Source: Phoronis australis (lineage: Eukaryota > Animalia > Phoronida). Taken from it: a stretch of DNA of 64,000 nt. The stretch spans positions 386,129 to 450,128 of the forward strand of contig NMRA01000003.1 of assembly GCA_002633005.1 (NCBI GenBank), given 5' to 3'. Below, piece by piece: positions 11,735 to 22,924 of this stretch. Numbering within the stretch: the first letter of the stretch is position 1; the number at the start of each line of letters is the position of its first letter. A model generated the notes under the pieces. It was not told where the DNA came from. It saw only the letters and a list, made by a program, of their open reading frames with translations, and did not search any database. Both the position numbers and the translations under genes were made by a program.

Positions 11735-11782
11735 ATGGATTTTGACCAGGACCGTCGCCCAAGGCAAATGGTTTTCTTCAAG
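11735..11782 (+). CDS. R7-family RGS (RGS9/11/EAT-16-like), first coding exon
   Basis: ATG...AAG|GTAATT encodes MDFDQDRRPRQMVFFK, resembling the RGS9 N-terminus (..YRPRMAFLQK|). The phase-0 donor joins in frame to the exon at 57120. Confidence 0.8.
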
Positions 11783-12277
11783 GTAATTATTACGCGCTCG
11801 CCCCCAAGTGCTCCGCTTGTGTGTGTGACTGAAGTTTTTCGTCTGCACAGTGTCAGTGCACAGCACTTCAGCATGCCATAGCACCGCCTGTGGACTGTGG
11901 TATGACTCGACCCACAGACGGTAATACTTGGCCATTAAAAGCTACTCATTTAAAAATGCACCTAATAATATTGAATACCGCATGCGGTGACCAAAAAGTA
12001 GAGTTGCAATTATTCCTGAAGAGGTGAGATCTGGTCTAAGTTAACATGAACATGCTTTGGAGTCATAGACACAGATCTAAAAAAGATGCTGACTGGAGGT
12101 GACTAATTTGATTCATCAGTGGCAACAATGTAATTCCGTCTGTCCAGAAAAGACTTCTCTGTACATGATGTATACAAACGGTGCGGAATGATAACAAAAT
12201 CACAGTGTTTCTACAAGTCTAATTTTACTGAGCGCCAAAACCATGTTTATGCATTTCAGTATAAGTCACAGATGACA

Positions 12278-13100
12278 CAGTGGCGGATCTAGGATATCAA
12301 AAGGGGGGGAGCCAACATTTTGTCTGGCTGTAAGCATTTGCGCAAACCACGATTGTAGATGCGCATAGTACCGAAAGGGGTGCTCCCCTCCCGCCCAGGA
12401 AATTTTTCTGTTTTTTTCTCTAAAAATCAAGCATTTTCCTTGGTTCCTGAAGTATTATCCAAGAAAAAAAGGCAAAAAGAATACGGAAATCGTGTCAAAC
12501 AGGAAAAACTGCAAGTACCAGAGACTCGAACTCACTGGCAAACAGATCGTGCGTGCTTTACCACTACACCAACACGACTTAGCTACTAAACTCATAATAA
12601 GAGACCTACTTGTTTATGGTCTACAGCCTTTGCGCGCGAAACCTACTTCTTTTTGTAATGTTTATTACACGTTTTATCTTTTGTGCAATCGGTTCTTAAC
12701 AAATTTGTTGTATTTAAAATAGTCTTCAAATGCCCAAAAGACCAAATCCGTTTTTCATGTTGGCATTAATGACGGGATTGCTTTTGAAATCGTCTTAAGT
12801 TAAGGTTTGAGAAAGAGAGTATTATGAGTTTCTGAGTGATTCACTGAGGCTTCAATTAAAATTCACATCTTACCAGCAGCTTCTGTTTTTTCATCGTCAC
12901 TCAGGTTCCATTTTCTTTAAAAAATGAGGTAAATTTTCTTCATTGCACAGTGGAGCAGATGACAGAAACAGAGTCGTAGTGCGCAGCGCCACTGCTGGTC
13001 GCCTGGGATATCGCGGGAGAGCCTATACTTAGCCATAGTTTCGTTACGAATGCGCCGTGTTCTGAATTTAACACTTGAAATTGGATCTGAGCCCCCCCCC
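12278..13100 (+). mobile_element. Family B MITE (left end here; right end lost in the N gap but seen in the duplicate copy ending at 17566)
   Basis: Left TIR CAGTGGCGGATCTAGG preceded by TGACA. Right TIR CCTAAATCCGCCTATG at 17551-17566 followed by TGACA. Confidence 0.8.
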
Positions 13101-16100
13101 NNNNNNNNNNNNNNNNNNNNNNNNNNNNNNNNNNNNNNNNNNNNNNNNNNNNNNNNNNNNNNNNNNNNNNNNNNNNNNNNNNNNNNNNNNNNNNNNNNNN
13201 NNNNNNNNNNNTCTCTGCTTGTGGCTTGTAGCTTCAATTTTGTATAGTTTAAGTTCTATATCAAAAATTTTTTCAAACATGCTCATCGTGAAATAAACAC
13301 TTTTGAATGAAGCCGTTTAATGGGATTGAGAAGCATAATGCAACAAGTGTTAATATATCATTTTAGACAACTCACAGCTCTAAGTGTACTTAGCTGTTAT
13401 TCATGGCTCCACAACCCGTTGACTTTTAAGACAACTTTACACTTTAGATCATGGGTACACTTGCTGATCAGAAATAAACCAAAATCAGACTTACCTGTCT
13501 ATTAAGTTTGGTCTTTCGTGATAAAATTTGGTCTCTCCTGGTGCAGCAGAGTTTGATTGATTTTGAGGCTGTTATTATATGTCATTTGAATCAGTTGTAC
13601 TGAAAAGGACGCATCTTGAGTTTATGTGTGCGTCGCCTTATGCACCATTTTGATAAGTGGTAAGGACCACCACTGAAGACGTAAAAATCACTTGTTCATT
13701 ATCTTCCCGTATTTTCTGCTGAAAATAAAGTCGTGGCTACTTTTATTGCACTGCAAAAGATGCTAACAGAATGCGATGTCCCTGACAACTCAAATTTGAT
13801 CTAATTTCTGAATTTAAAAGTGTGCCTTACTGTTTTGAAAATCACTATGATTATGTAAATTCCGATGGGCACTAGCCTGAGCAGTGGGTGCTCAACTGAA
13901 AATTTTCAAAAGTAGTGGTTGTGGGCTAATAGCCATGCGCTTAATTCGAAAAGTTTCCATTGTAGGGGGTGGGAGCTTACATGACATGAGTTTATACGGT
14001 ACTCGAGGATGGTTGGAATTCCAAACCGCAAGTCTTCACGCCTGTGCACGTTAAGCTGGGGGCATCAATAGTTTGCTTAATGAAATAAGGGACTAGGCAA
14101 TTGATAATACCATGTTCCAGAGGCCCCTCTGATTGTGTCACAATCATTTGGGTTTATTGGCCATTAATTGGCTTGGATATCATTGTGTTGTGCCTACAAC
14201 TGCTGGTACTCTCTATGATTTCCATAGCGATTTATTATGTAAATCAAATCCTTATTACTACTGTGGCATACTTGTCACATGCATTACAAGTCCGTTATCA
14301 TGTTATCAGCCGCGTTATTTAAAGGGGTTTCATGGTTACAATCCTGCTTTCTTTCAAAGAAATTAACTGTTGGTTCATGCTTTGCTATATAGCTGCGATC
14401 AAAACTTGTTTCTTACTCAGGTGAGAAGTGGTTTTTGGCTTGGACAGAACTAACAGTTTTTCAGTGAATATACTTGAGACCCAATGCATAAAATGGCTGA
14501 CTGACCATGGCACGTACCTTATGAGCTTCCTTGTCACAAACAGTAATGAACTGACACATCTCTCCAAGATCAGAAATCACCTCTAATTTGGCTCAGAATG
14601 TAATTTCATAATGGTATGTTGTCTATAATCAAAGTTATAATTTTGACAGAAGGTAGGCTTGTGGGAGCTTTAATTTGCTTCATTATATCATTATATAATG
14701 AAGTTATTGACTCATATTTCAGAGTCAGGAGTTTTGATATTGGCTGTTCATACCTTTGTATTTACCTCTACTATGGCAATGCGATTTTAAATATATTTTT
14801 CAAGTAATACACAACCTATCGTGATGTGGACCTGGGATCTTCTTTTTCATAACCTACTGCTTTACGAGGCGTGGCAGTTCTCTGACAATCACGCTATTAC
14901 ACAAAAGGCGTGTTTTCAAAGGCTGAAATGTTCATTGATGTTCGATACATGTCATTTGCGTGGGCTTTAGTGCGTGCATGCAGAGCATGCTGACAGGCGA
15001 TCGCATTGATAGGTGTAACCAAATGACATTTGTTGATTCTTTTGCATTGAAAACACCGTTGTGTGACTACAAAACATATCTTTCCCGAAATATTATTGAT
15101 AGTTCCTTTGTCCATTCCAAGCATCTCTTGGTTGTTTTTTCAAGATCTCGTCAGTGTATGTTTAGTAAATTATATAACTAGTAACTGTTTTTTAATTTGT
15201 TTTATTGTATATTATTTTATTATATAGCACATAAATTAGGGCAGCATGGAGCTCCTATAGATGCCTAGGTGGCTGTGAAATTAAGTGCAGAACTATGCCG
15301 ATTCCACTGTCCCACCTCCCGCCGTGTAACCTCCCCGCCTCCCCAGCCCTGCATGCGTGATAGCTCACAACTCAAGACTGAATCCCTGCATGAATGAATT
15401 GCAGTAAAAGTGGTCACTTAGTTGAAATTGACACTTACCGCAAGTAGTCAGCCACAGACTCTTATTCTAAGGTATAATAAACTTATTTTTCAAAAGAATC
15501 CGTCTTTTATCAAAATTTTAAAAGCCAAATCCCGACTTTACCGCTGAAGACAAAGTGACAATAGTGACATACATGATGGGGTCATGTAGCATTTGTGCCT
15601 GACCTTTTTTCCACACACCATGGCACCTATTCAGTGCATACTTAGCTACCTGAATACGCATGTCGGTTTTATAGTGCCAATTCAACTTTCCGATCAGTAA
15701 CTAGCCTTGCAGCAAATTCTTTGAACTTCAGATCTGTGAACTTCAATTTTGAAGGTCCTACGTGGCCAGGGCAACTGTCTGGCTCTAGGTATAAGTGTCC
15801 ATGTTTGGGTAAACACCTTGCAATTTCAGATTTAAGAACCCCTGGGTTAAGCCTTCCCTATTTGCCTTATCACCAGTCCACAGCATTAGCTGGAATGCTA
15901 GCAATATACGCAGCGACCAAGAAACAAGCATGGATAAGACACCAGCCGTGACAGATTTATACTAATTACTTAAGACAACTATATCCTAATTAAGGCCTAT
16001 GGTGTTGATTTACCGTAAACGTTCGGGTTAACGCCCTGGGCGGTTAAATTGGCAAACCCAAAAAATCGGGGGTGGGCGGTTAACCAGACATGGGCGCTTA

Positions 16101-19100
16101 AACGTGAAACTTCAAAAAATCCAGGGTGGGCGGTTAACTGAACATGGGCGCTTATTACGACAGGCAAGCGCCCTGAGCGGTTAATCTTACCTCGTGATCT
16201 AAGTACCCACACCACACACGTTGACGTAGTCGTAGGCCTACTCGGAACACGTAGCACTTTTCAAAGAGCGTTATCGTCAAGTCGCCACATGACGGGAAAA
16301 ATGTCATAACAGCGGATGATCCTAACAAAGGTTATCATGCCCTCAGATAAGTTATTCACAATTAAATTTACAGAATTGCTGAGTAATAGCCCCGTGCCAT
16401 CCTGCGGTCTTGTTATTTAGCCCTGTAGTGTAGAGCGCATACGACCAGTGACCACGCAGCCTCTACTTGGATTGCAACTATTTCATCTTGCTAAAGTGCG
16501 CGCGTGCAAGCTTCGCGAGTTGCAGAGGTCATAGCAGACATCAGATTTATGGCTACAGTCTCGTACTAGCTGCCAAGTTCATAGTCAGAGAGCAATTTTA
16601 AAATTGGTTGTAATAAAAGTTTGAAAACCTTAATTCAGATGGGTTTTTTGTGTTTGGGATGTTTATAGTCAACACTCCGTGACTCAATGACATTTTCAGC
16701 GTATGGTTCTGTGGCTTGCTGTTTTACATGTATCACGACTGCCCGGCATTGCTCACTTGCCGTTGCGCCAAACATGCTCGGCAAAGAAGTAGGTCCAAGA
16801 CAAGAATCGGTATTAAGCGGCCGTGTGCCACTCGTCATTCAAGAATAAAATTTCGAGCCACGACATAAATGTGATAAAACGCTACAAAACAGCGNACTTA
16901 GCTACTAAACTCATAATAAGAGACCTACTTGTTTATGGTTTACAGCGTTTGCGCGCGAAACCTACTTCTTTTTGTAATGTTTATTACACGTTTTATATTT
17001 TGTGCAATCGGTTCTTAACAAATTTGTTGTATTTAAAATAGTCTTCAAATGCCCAAAAGACCAAATCCGTTTTTCATGTTGGCATTAATGACGGGATTGC
17101 TTTTGAAATCGTCTTAAGTTAAGGTTTGAGAAAGAGAGAATTATGAGTTTCTGAGTGATTCACTGAGGCTTCAATTAAAATTCACATCTAACCAGCAGCT
17201 TCTGTTTTTTCATCGTCACTCAGGTTCCATTTACTTTAAAAAATGAGGTAAATTTTCTTCATTGCACAGTGGAGCAGACGACAGAAACAGAGTCGTAGTG
17301 CGCAGCCGGGTCAGCGCCACTGCTGGTTGCCTGGGATATCGCGGGAGAGCCTATACTTAGCCATAGTTTCGTTACGAATGCGCCGTGTTCCGAATTTAAC
17401 ACTTGAAATTGGATCTGAGCCCCCCCCCTCCCCCAAATACTAAAACTGCACACATTTAAATCTTGTTTCATTCGTATAATAACTCAACATTTCCCTACGC
17501 TCTTGCTGTTTTTTTTTGCGGCAGCCGAAGGTGGGGGGGCCCTGGGCCCCCCTAAATCCGCCTATGTGACAGTATGACATTTATATCTCATAATCACAAC
17601 AAGTGCAGTTATGTTAAATGGCGAAAGAACTGGTTCTAAGCGTATTTTATTTTCAAGAGATGGGTATTTTAGAACGAGATGGTGGACTTTAAGTTGAGAT
17701 TTATCCATGCAATTGGTTGTTCTCATCTCTGCTTGTGGCTTGTAGCTTCAATTTTGTATAGTTTAAGTTCTATATCAAAAATTTTTTCAAACATGCGCAT
17801 CGTGAAATAAACACTTTTGAATGAAGCCGTTAAATGGGATTGAGAAGCATAATGCAACAAGTGTTAATATATCATTTTAGACAACTCACAGCTCTAAGTG
17901 TACTTAGCTGTGATTCATGGCTCCACAACCCATTGACTTTTAAGACAACTTTACACTTAAGATCATGGGTACACTTGCTGATCAGAAATAAACCAAAATC
18001 AGACTTACCTGTCTATTAAGTTTGGTCTTTCGTGATAAAATTTGGTCTCTCCTGGTGCAGAGTTTGATTGATTCTGAGGCTGTTTTTATATGTCATTTGA
18101 ATCAGTTGTACTGAAGAGGACGCATCTTGAGTTTATGTGTGCGTCGCCTTATGCACCATTTTGATAAGTGGTAAGGACCACCACTGAAGACGTAAAAATA
18201 ACTTGTTCATTATCTTCCCATATTTTCTGCTGAAAATAAAGTCGTGGCTACTTTTATTGCACTGCAAAAGATGCTAACAGAATGCGATGTCCCCGACAAC
18301 TCAAATTTGATCTAATTTCTGAATTTAAAAGTGTGCCTTACTGTTTTGAAAATCACTATGATTATGTAAATTCCGATGGACACTAGCCTGAGCAATGGGT
18401 GCTCAACTGAAAATTTTCAAAAGTAGTGGTTGTGGGCTTATAACCATGCGCTTAATCCGATAAGTTTCCATAGTAGGGGGTGGGAGCTTACATGACCTGA
18501 GTTTATACGGTACTCGGGGGATGGTTGGAATTCCAAACCGCAAGTCTTCACGCCTGTGCACGTTAAGCTGAGGGCATCAATAGTTTGCTTAATGAAATAA
18601 TGTGGGACTAGGCAATTGATAGTACCATGTTCCAGAGGCCCCTCTGATTGTGTCACAATCATTTGGGTTTATTGGCCATTAATTGGCTTGGATATCACTG
18701 TGTTGTACCTACAACTGCTGGTACTCTCTATGATTTCCATAGCGATTTATTATGTAAATCAAATCCTTATTACTACTGTGGCATACTTGTCACATGCATT
18801 AAAAGTCCGTTATCAGCCGCGTTATTTAAAGGGTTACATGGTTACAATCCTGCATTCTTTCAAAGAAATTAACTGTTGGTTCATGCTCTGCTATATAGCT
18901 GCGATCAAAACTTGTTTCTTACTCAGGTGAGAAGTGGTTTTTGGCTTGGACAGAACTAACAGTTTGTGAATGCTTGAGACCCAATGCATAAAATGGCTGA
19001 CAGACCATGCCACATACCGTACCTTATGAGCTTCCTTGTCACAAACAGTAATGAACTGACACATCTCTCCAAGATCAGAAATCACCTCTAATTTGGCTCA

Positions 19101-20443
19101 GAATGCAATTTCATAATGGTATGTTGTCTATAATCAAAGTTATAATTTTGACAGAAGGTAGGCTTGTGGGAGCTTTAATTTGCTTCATTATATCATTATA
19201 TAATGAAGTTATTGACTCTTATTTCAGAGTCAGGAGTTTTGATATTGGTTGTTCATACCTTTGTATTTACCACTACTATGGTAACGCGATTTTAAATATA
19301 TTTTTCAAGTAATACACAACCTATCGTGATGTGGACCTGGGATCTTCTTTTTCACAACCTACTGCTTTACGAGGTGTGGCAATTCTCTGACAATCACGCT
19401 ATTACACAAAAGGCGTGTTTTCAAAGGCTAAAATGTTCATTGATGTTCGATGCTTGTCATTTGCGTGGGCTTTAGTGTGTGCATGCGGAGCGTGCTGACA
19501 GGCGATCGCATTGATAGGTGTAACCAAATGACAATTGTTGATTCTTTTGCATTGAAAACACCATTATGTGACTACAAAACATATCTTTCCGGAAATATTA
19601 TTGATAGTTCCTTTGTTCATTCCAAGCATCTCTTGTTTGTTTTTTCAAGATCTCGTTAGTGTATGTTTAGTAAATTATATAACTAGTAACTGTTTTTTAA
19701 TTTGTTTTATGGTATATTATTTTATTATATAGCACATAAATTAGGGCAGCATGGAGCTCCTATAGATGCCCAGGTGGCTGTGAAATTAAGTGCAGAACTG
19801 AGCCGATTCCACTGTCCCACCTCCCGCCCCATAACTTCCCCGCCTCCCCAGCCCTGCACTCTGGACATTAAAAGATAGTTGCATGCGGGATAGCTCACAA
19901 CTCAAGACTGAATCCCTGCATGAATGAATTGCAGTAAAAGTGGTCACGTAGTTGAAATTGACACTTACTGAAAGTAGTCAGACACAGACTCTCAATAGTG
20001 ACATACATGATGGGGTCATGTAGCATTTGTGCCTGACCTTTTTTCCACACACCATGGCACCTATTCAGTGCATACTTAGCTACCTGAATACACATGTCGG
20101 TTTTTATAGTGCCAGTTCAACTTTCCCATCAGTAACTAGCCTTGCAGCAAATTCTTTGAACTTCAGATCTGTGAACTTCAATTTTGAAGGTCCTACGTGG
20201 CCAGGGCAACTGTCTGGCTCTAGGTATAAGCGCCCATGTTTGGGTAAACACCTTGCAATTTCAGATTTAAGAACCCTGGGTTAAGCCTTCCCTATTTGCC
20301 TTATCACCAGTCCACAGCATTAGCTCGAATGCTAACAATATACCACAGCGGCCAAGAAACAAGCATGGACAAGACACCAGCCGTGACAGATTTATACTAA
20401 TTACTTAAGACAACTATATCCTAATTAAGGCCTCTGGTGTTGA
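12577..20443 (+). repeat. Tandem ~3.5 kb duplication (12577-16008 vs 16896-20443), probably uncollapsed alleles
   Basis: Colinear near-identical copies with scattered SNPs and indels. The second copy starts exactly after the single N at 16895. The first contains a 111-N gap (13101-13211). Confidence 0.9.
16013..16894 (+). mobile_element. Left part of a Tc2/pogo-like (TA|CCGTA) non-autonomous element, cut at the contig join
   Basis: TA|CCGTAAAC terminus with repeated GGGTGGGCGGTTAA/ATGGGCGCTTA subterminal motifs; CpG-rich; absent from the duplicate copy; a degenerate relative lies at ~29466-29610. Confidence 0.65.
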
Positions 20444-20720
20444 CCACCAGTAGATAGTTTATTTCATAATTTGCATATGGGTAGCCCTGCAACTTCAACT
20501 TCCACCTTGTTCTGGTGTCTGTCATTCTCTTTGAGAAAGCTATGCTCCTCGCTATTTAACTATATTGGAAGTAACAGTGACATGTATATTTGGTGGTACA
20601 AACTTTGTTTTAAGTCATGTTTATACAAAAATTTACTATTTCTGAAGTATGATATGATGTATATAGTTAACAGATATTCATTAAACGCACAGCAGTGTTG
20701 TCGGTTGACGATTTTCAGTG

Positions 20721-21015
20721 TCTGTATATTGGCTGATCTTCCACAGGACAACAATAAAGAAGACTGCAAAGAGACATTCTAATAAGAAGAATACGTAATT
20801 AAAATAAGGGCTATTACATTTTGAGACACATCATGTCTCATCTTCAGTCAAACCTGTCTCGAAATATATCAATTTTTGTCACCTGTCATTTTATTTCTAC
20901 CTGGAGATGAGACATGACCTGTCTCGAAATAATGCTGTTGATTTTAATAATTCTCGTTATGCTTCTTGTCGCTCTTCTATATTGTTGTCCTGCAGAAGAT
21001 TGACAAATATACAGA
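20721..21015. mobile_element. Foldback/palindromic MITE-like element
   Basis: TCTGTATATTGGCTGATCTTCCACAGGACAACAATA pairs with TATTGTTGTCCTGCAGAAGATTGACAAATATACAGA. Inner arms GAGACACATCATGTCTCATCTTCAG and CTGGAGATGAGACATGACCTGTCTC also pair. Confidence 0.7.
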
Positions 21016-22924
21016 GAATTTGAGTGAGTGAGTATGAATGAAGATTGTCAACAAGCAATACTGTCATGCGTCTATTGAATTCTCTCTTCAAGAGAGGTTG
21101 CTGTCAAATTAATCATACATATATATACATGTATGTATATATGTGTGTGTGTATACATACATTTACATATACATGTAAATATATGTATAGAGAGAGGGAG
21201 TGGAAGGGTGGAGAGGGAGAGAGAGATCTGGTGACTGATAAAATCAAAAGACCTCTGCCCCGTCCTCCTGCCCTTAAGTCTGACGGCCTTGAAGGCCGGC
21301 GACTGTGGCACCTAGTGGCATTAGTATTGATATCAGAACTACTTTGTGTTACCCATAATCCCTGGATTGATATGCGTGAGCTTTAGTAGACCGATCAATG
21401 AAATCAATTGTAGTCACTGTTCTAATGAAAGGAAAGGAGATGAAATTCTGTACGTCATGGATTTGTTAACCGAGATAAAAAGCAAATTTGTGATTTCAGT
21501 TTTGCAATAGATAGATGGAAATATTCTGTTTTTCTTTTCAACCATCTTTAATTTCTTAGGCATCTCAATGTGGTTCTTTGGAAATTTGTTTAAATCAAGT
21601 TTCACATTTCTCAATCAGAAAGTACAACCTTTTTGTTTAAGATTGAAGTTAAATACTAAGTTCCTTAATTGTTTTAATTTTCATATTGAATGATTTATGT
21701 TCAGCACAAAACCTAATTTTGCATAAATCCAAACTAACATAAATTGTAATTTATTGTATTTCAGAGGTAAAAAATGCCCTTGGGTGGCTGAACACCCACT
21801 TGTGAACATTAAACAAATTCGAAAGGCCTTGTTCTGTTGCACTTGGTATTACACTCACCCCCTGATAATTTTGTCCATCAATTTAATGGGTATGGGCATT
21901 AACCTGAATTGGTACAGGACGGACGGTCATCATTTTTGGTCTTAAATTCTTACATATAAGTATGGAGAAACAATGACTTGTCTTCTTACCAGCATTCTGC
22001 AAATGAAAGGGGTATGCTTATTTGCAGTCCAAGAAATCGGGTAGTAATATTGAACTTCCTTCAATAGTGTGTTGCATATAACAATATCAAAAAGACAGGC
22101 ACATAGATCACTGTCCCTGTTAATGGATATTTTCTTCTTAATTGTGGCCTAAACATGGTAATCATGAAATAATTTAGGGCCTTCGATTCAGGGGCCAAGT
22201 ATCGGTTTTATTCACCACCTAAATATATTGGGGTGGCAATAGGTTGGGCGGTGGTACTGAGGGGGGGTTCTATTGGGGGAGAATTTTACATTTGCCCGAA
22301 AATCTCAGTCAGAAGGCACAGATACCTTTCCCCTCAGGTGAAAGAGGGCCTAAAGGCACTCAGTTCCAACAAACTGCCACTGACATCTGGTGGCTTCTAT
22401 AAGAGCTAATTAAAAGATAACCACTGATTGTTTTAAGCTAGCCCAAACTGGGAAGGGTTGACGAAACCTTTGAAAGTGACAACTCTATACTTGCTGATCT
22501 CCTAATTAATTGTCACAGAAGAGAATCATTCTGTCATACATTGGAAAGATTTGTGTGGGTGAGATTTGATAGACAGGAGGGAAATTGAAAAACTGGCAGA
22601 AATTAAATACGTAAGTGGCAATAAGTCTTGATTATGCAACCAACTTGGGTACAAACATGTCTTAACATTGGGGTAGAAGCTTTGTACCAGGTGACATCAC
22701 TAATGATCTTTTTGTACTTTTCCAGTTTGTTTTCAACTCATTAATTATCCTCTTGTGCGTTAAGTGCCTGTCACTGCATTTTTAACTTGGATTACCATAG
22801 GAAATTTTCTCATTCTTCAGTTTGAGAGGCCTGGACACAAGTCCAAGCCAGTTTAAACTGGTGTTTTCTGTGGAAGATTGCAGACAAGATTCTTTCTCTT
22901 TCTGTGGTGCAAGCTTAACAACTG

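Noticed and set aside
11829-11926. H/ACA snoRNA or iron-responsive element after RGS exon 1 (two hairpins, ATAGCA hinge, CAGTG motifs)
   Set aside because: The second hairpin is short with no proper pocket and no true ACA box. A TTTTTCGTC match to 18S rRNA lacks the partner guide. The CAGTGN motifs lack the 5-bp IRE upper stem.
13320-20284. Pairs of near-identical short ORFs suggesting a duplicated gene cluster
   Set aside because: They are chance ORFs repeated by the haplotype duplication, and some differ by frameshifts between copies.
22519-22610. Extra RGS coding exon (cAG ... GTAAGT)
   Set aside because: It has stop codons in all three frames; at most a non-coding or cryptic exon, with no other support.
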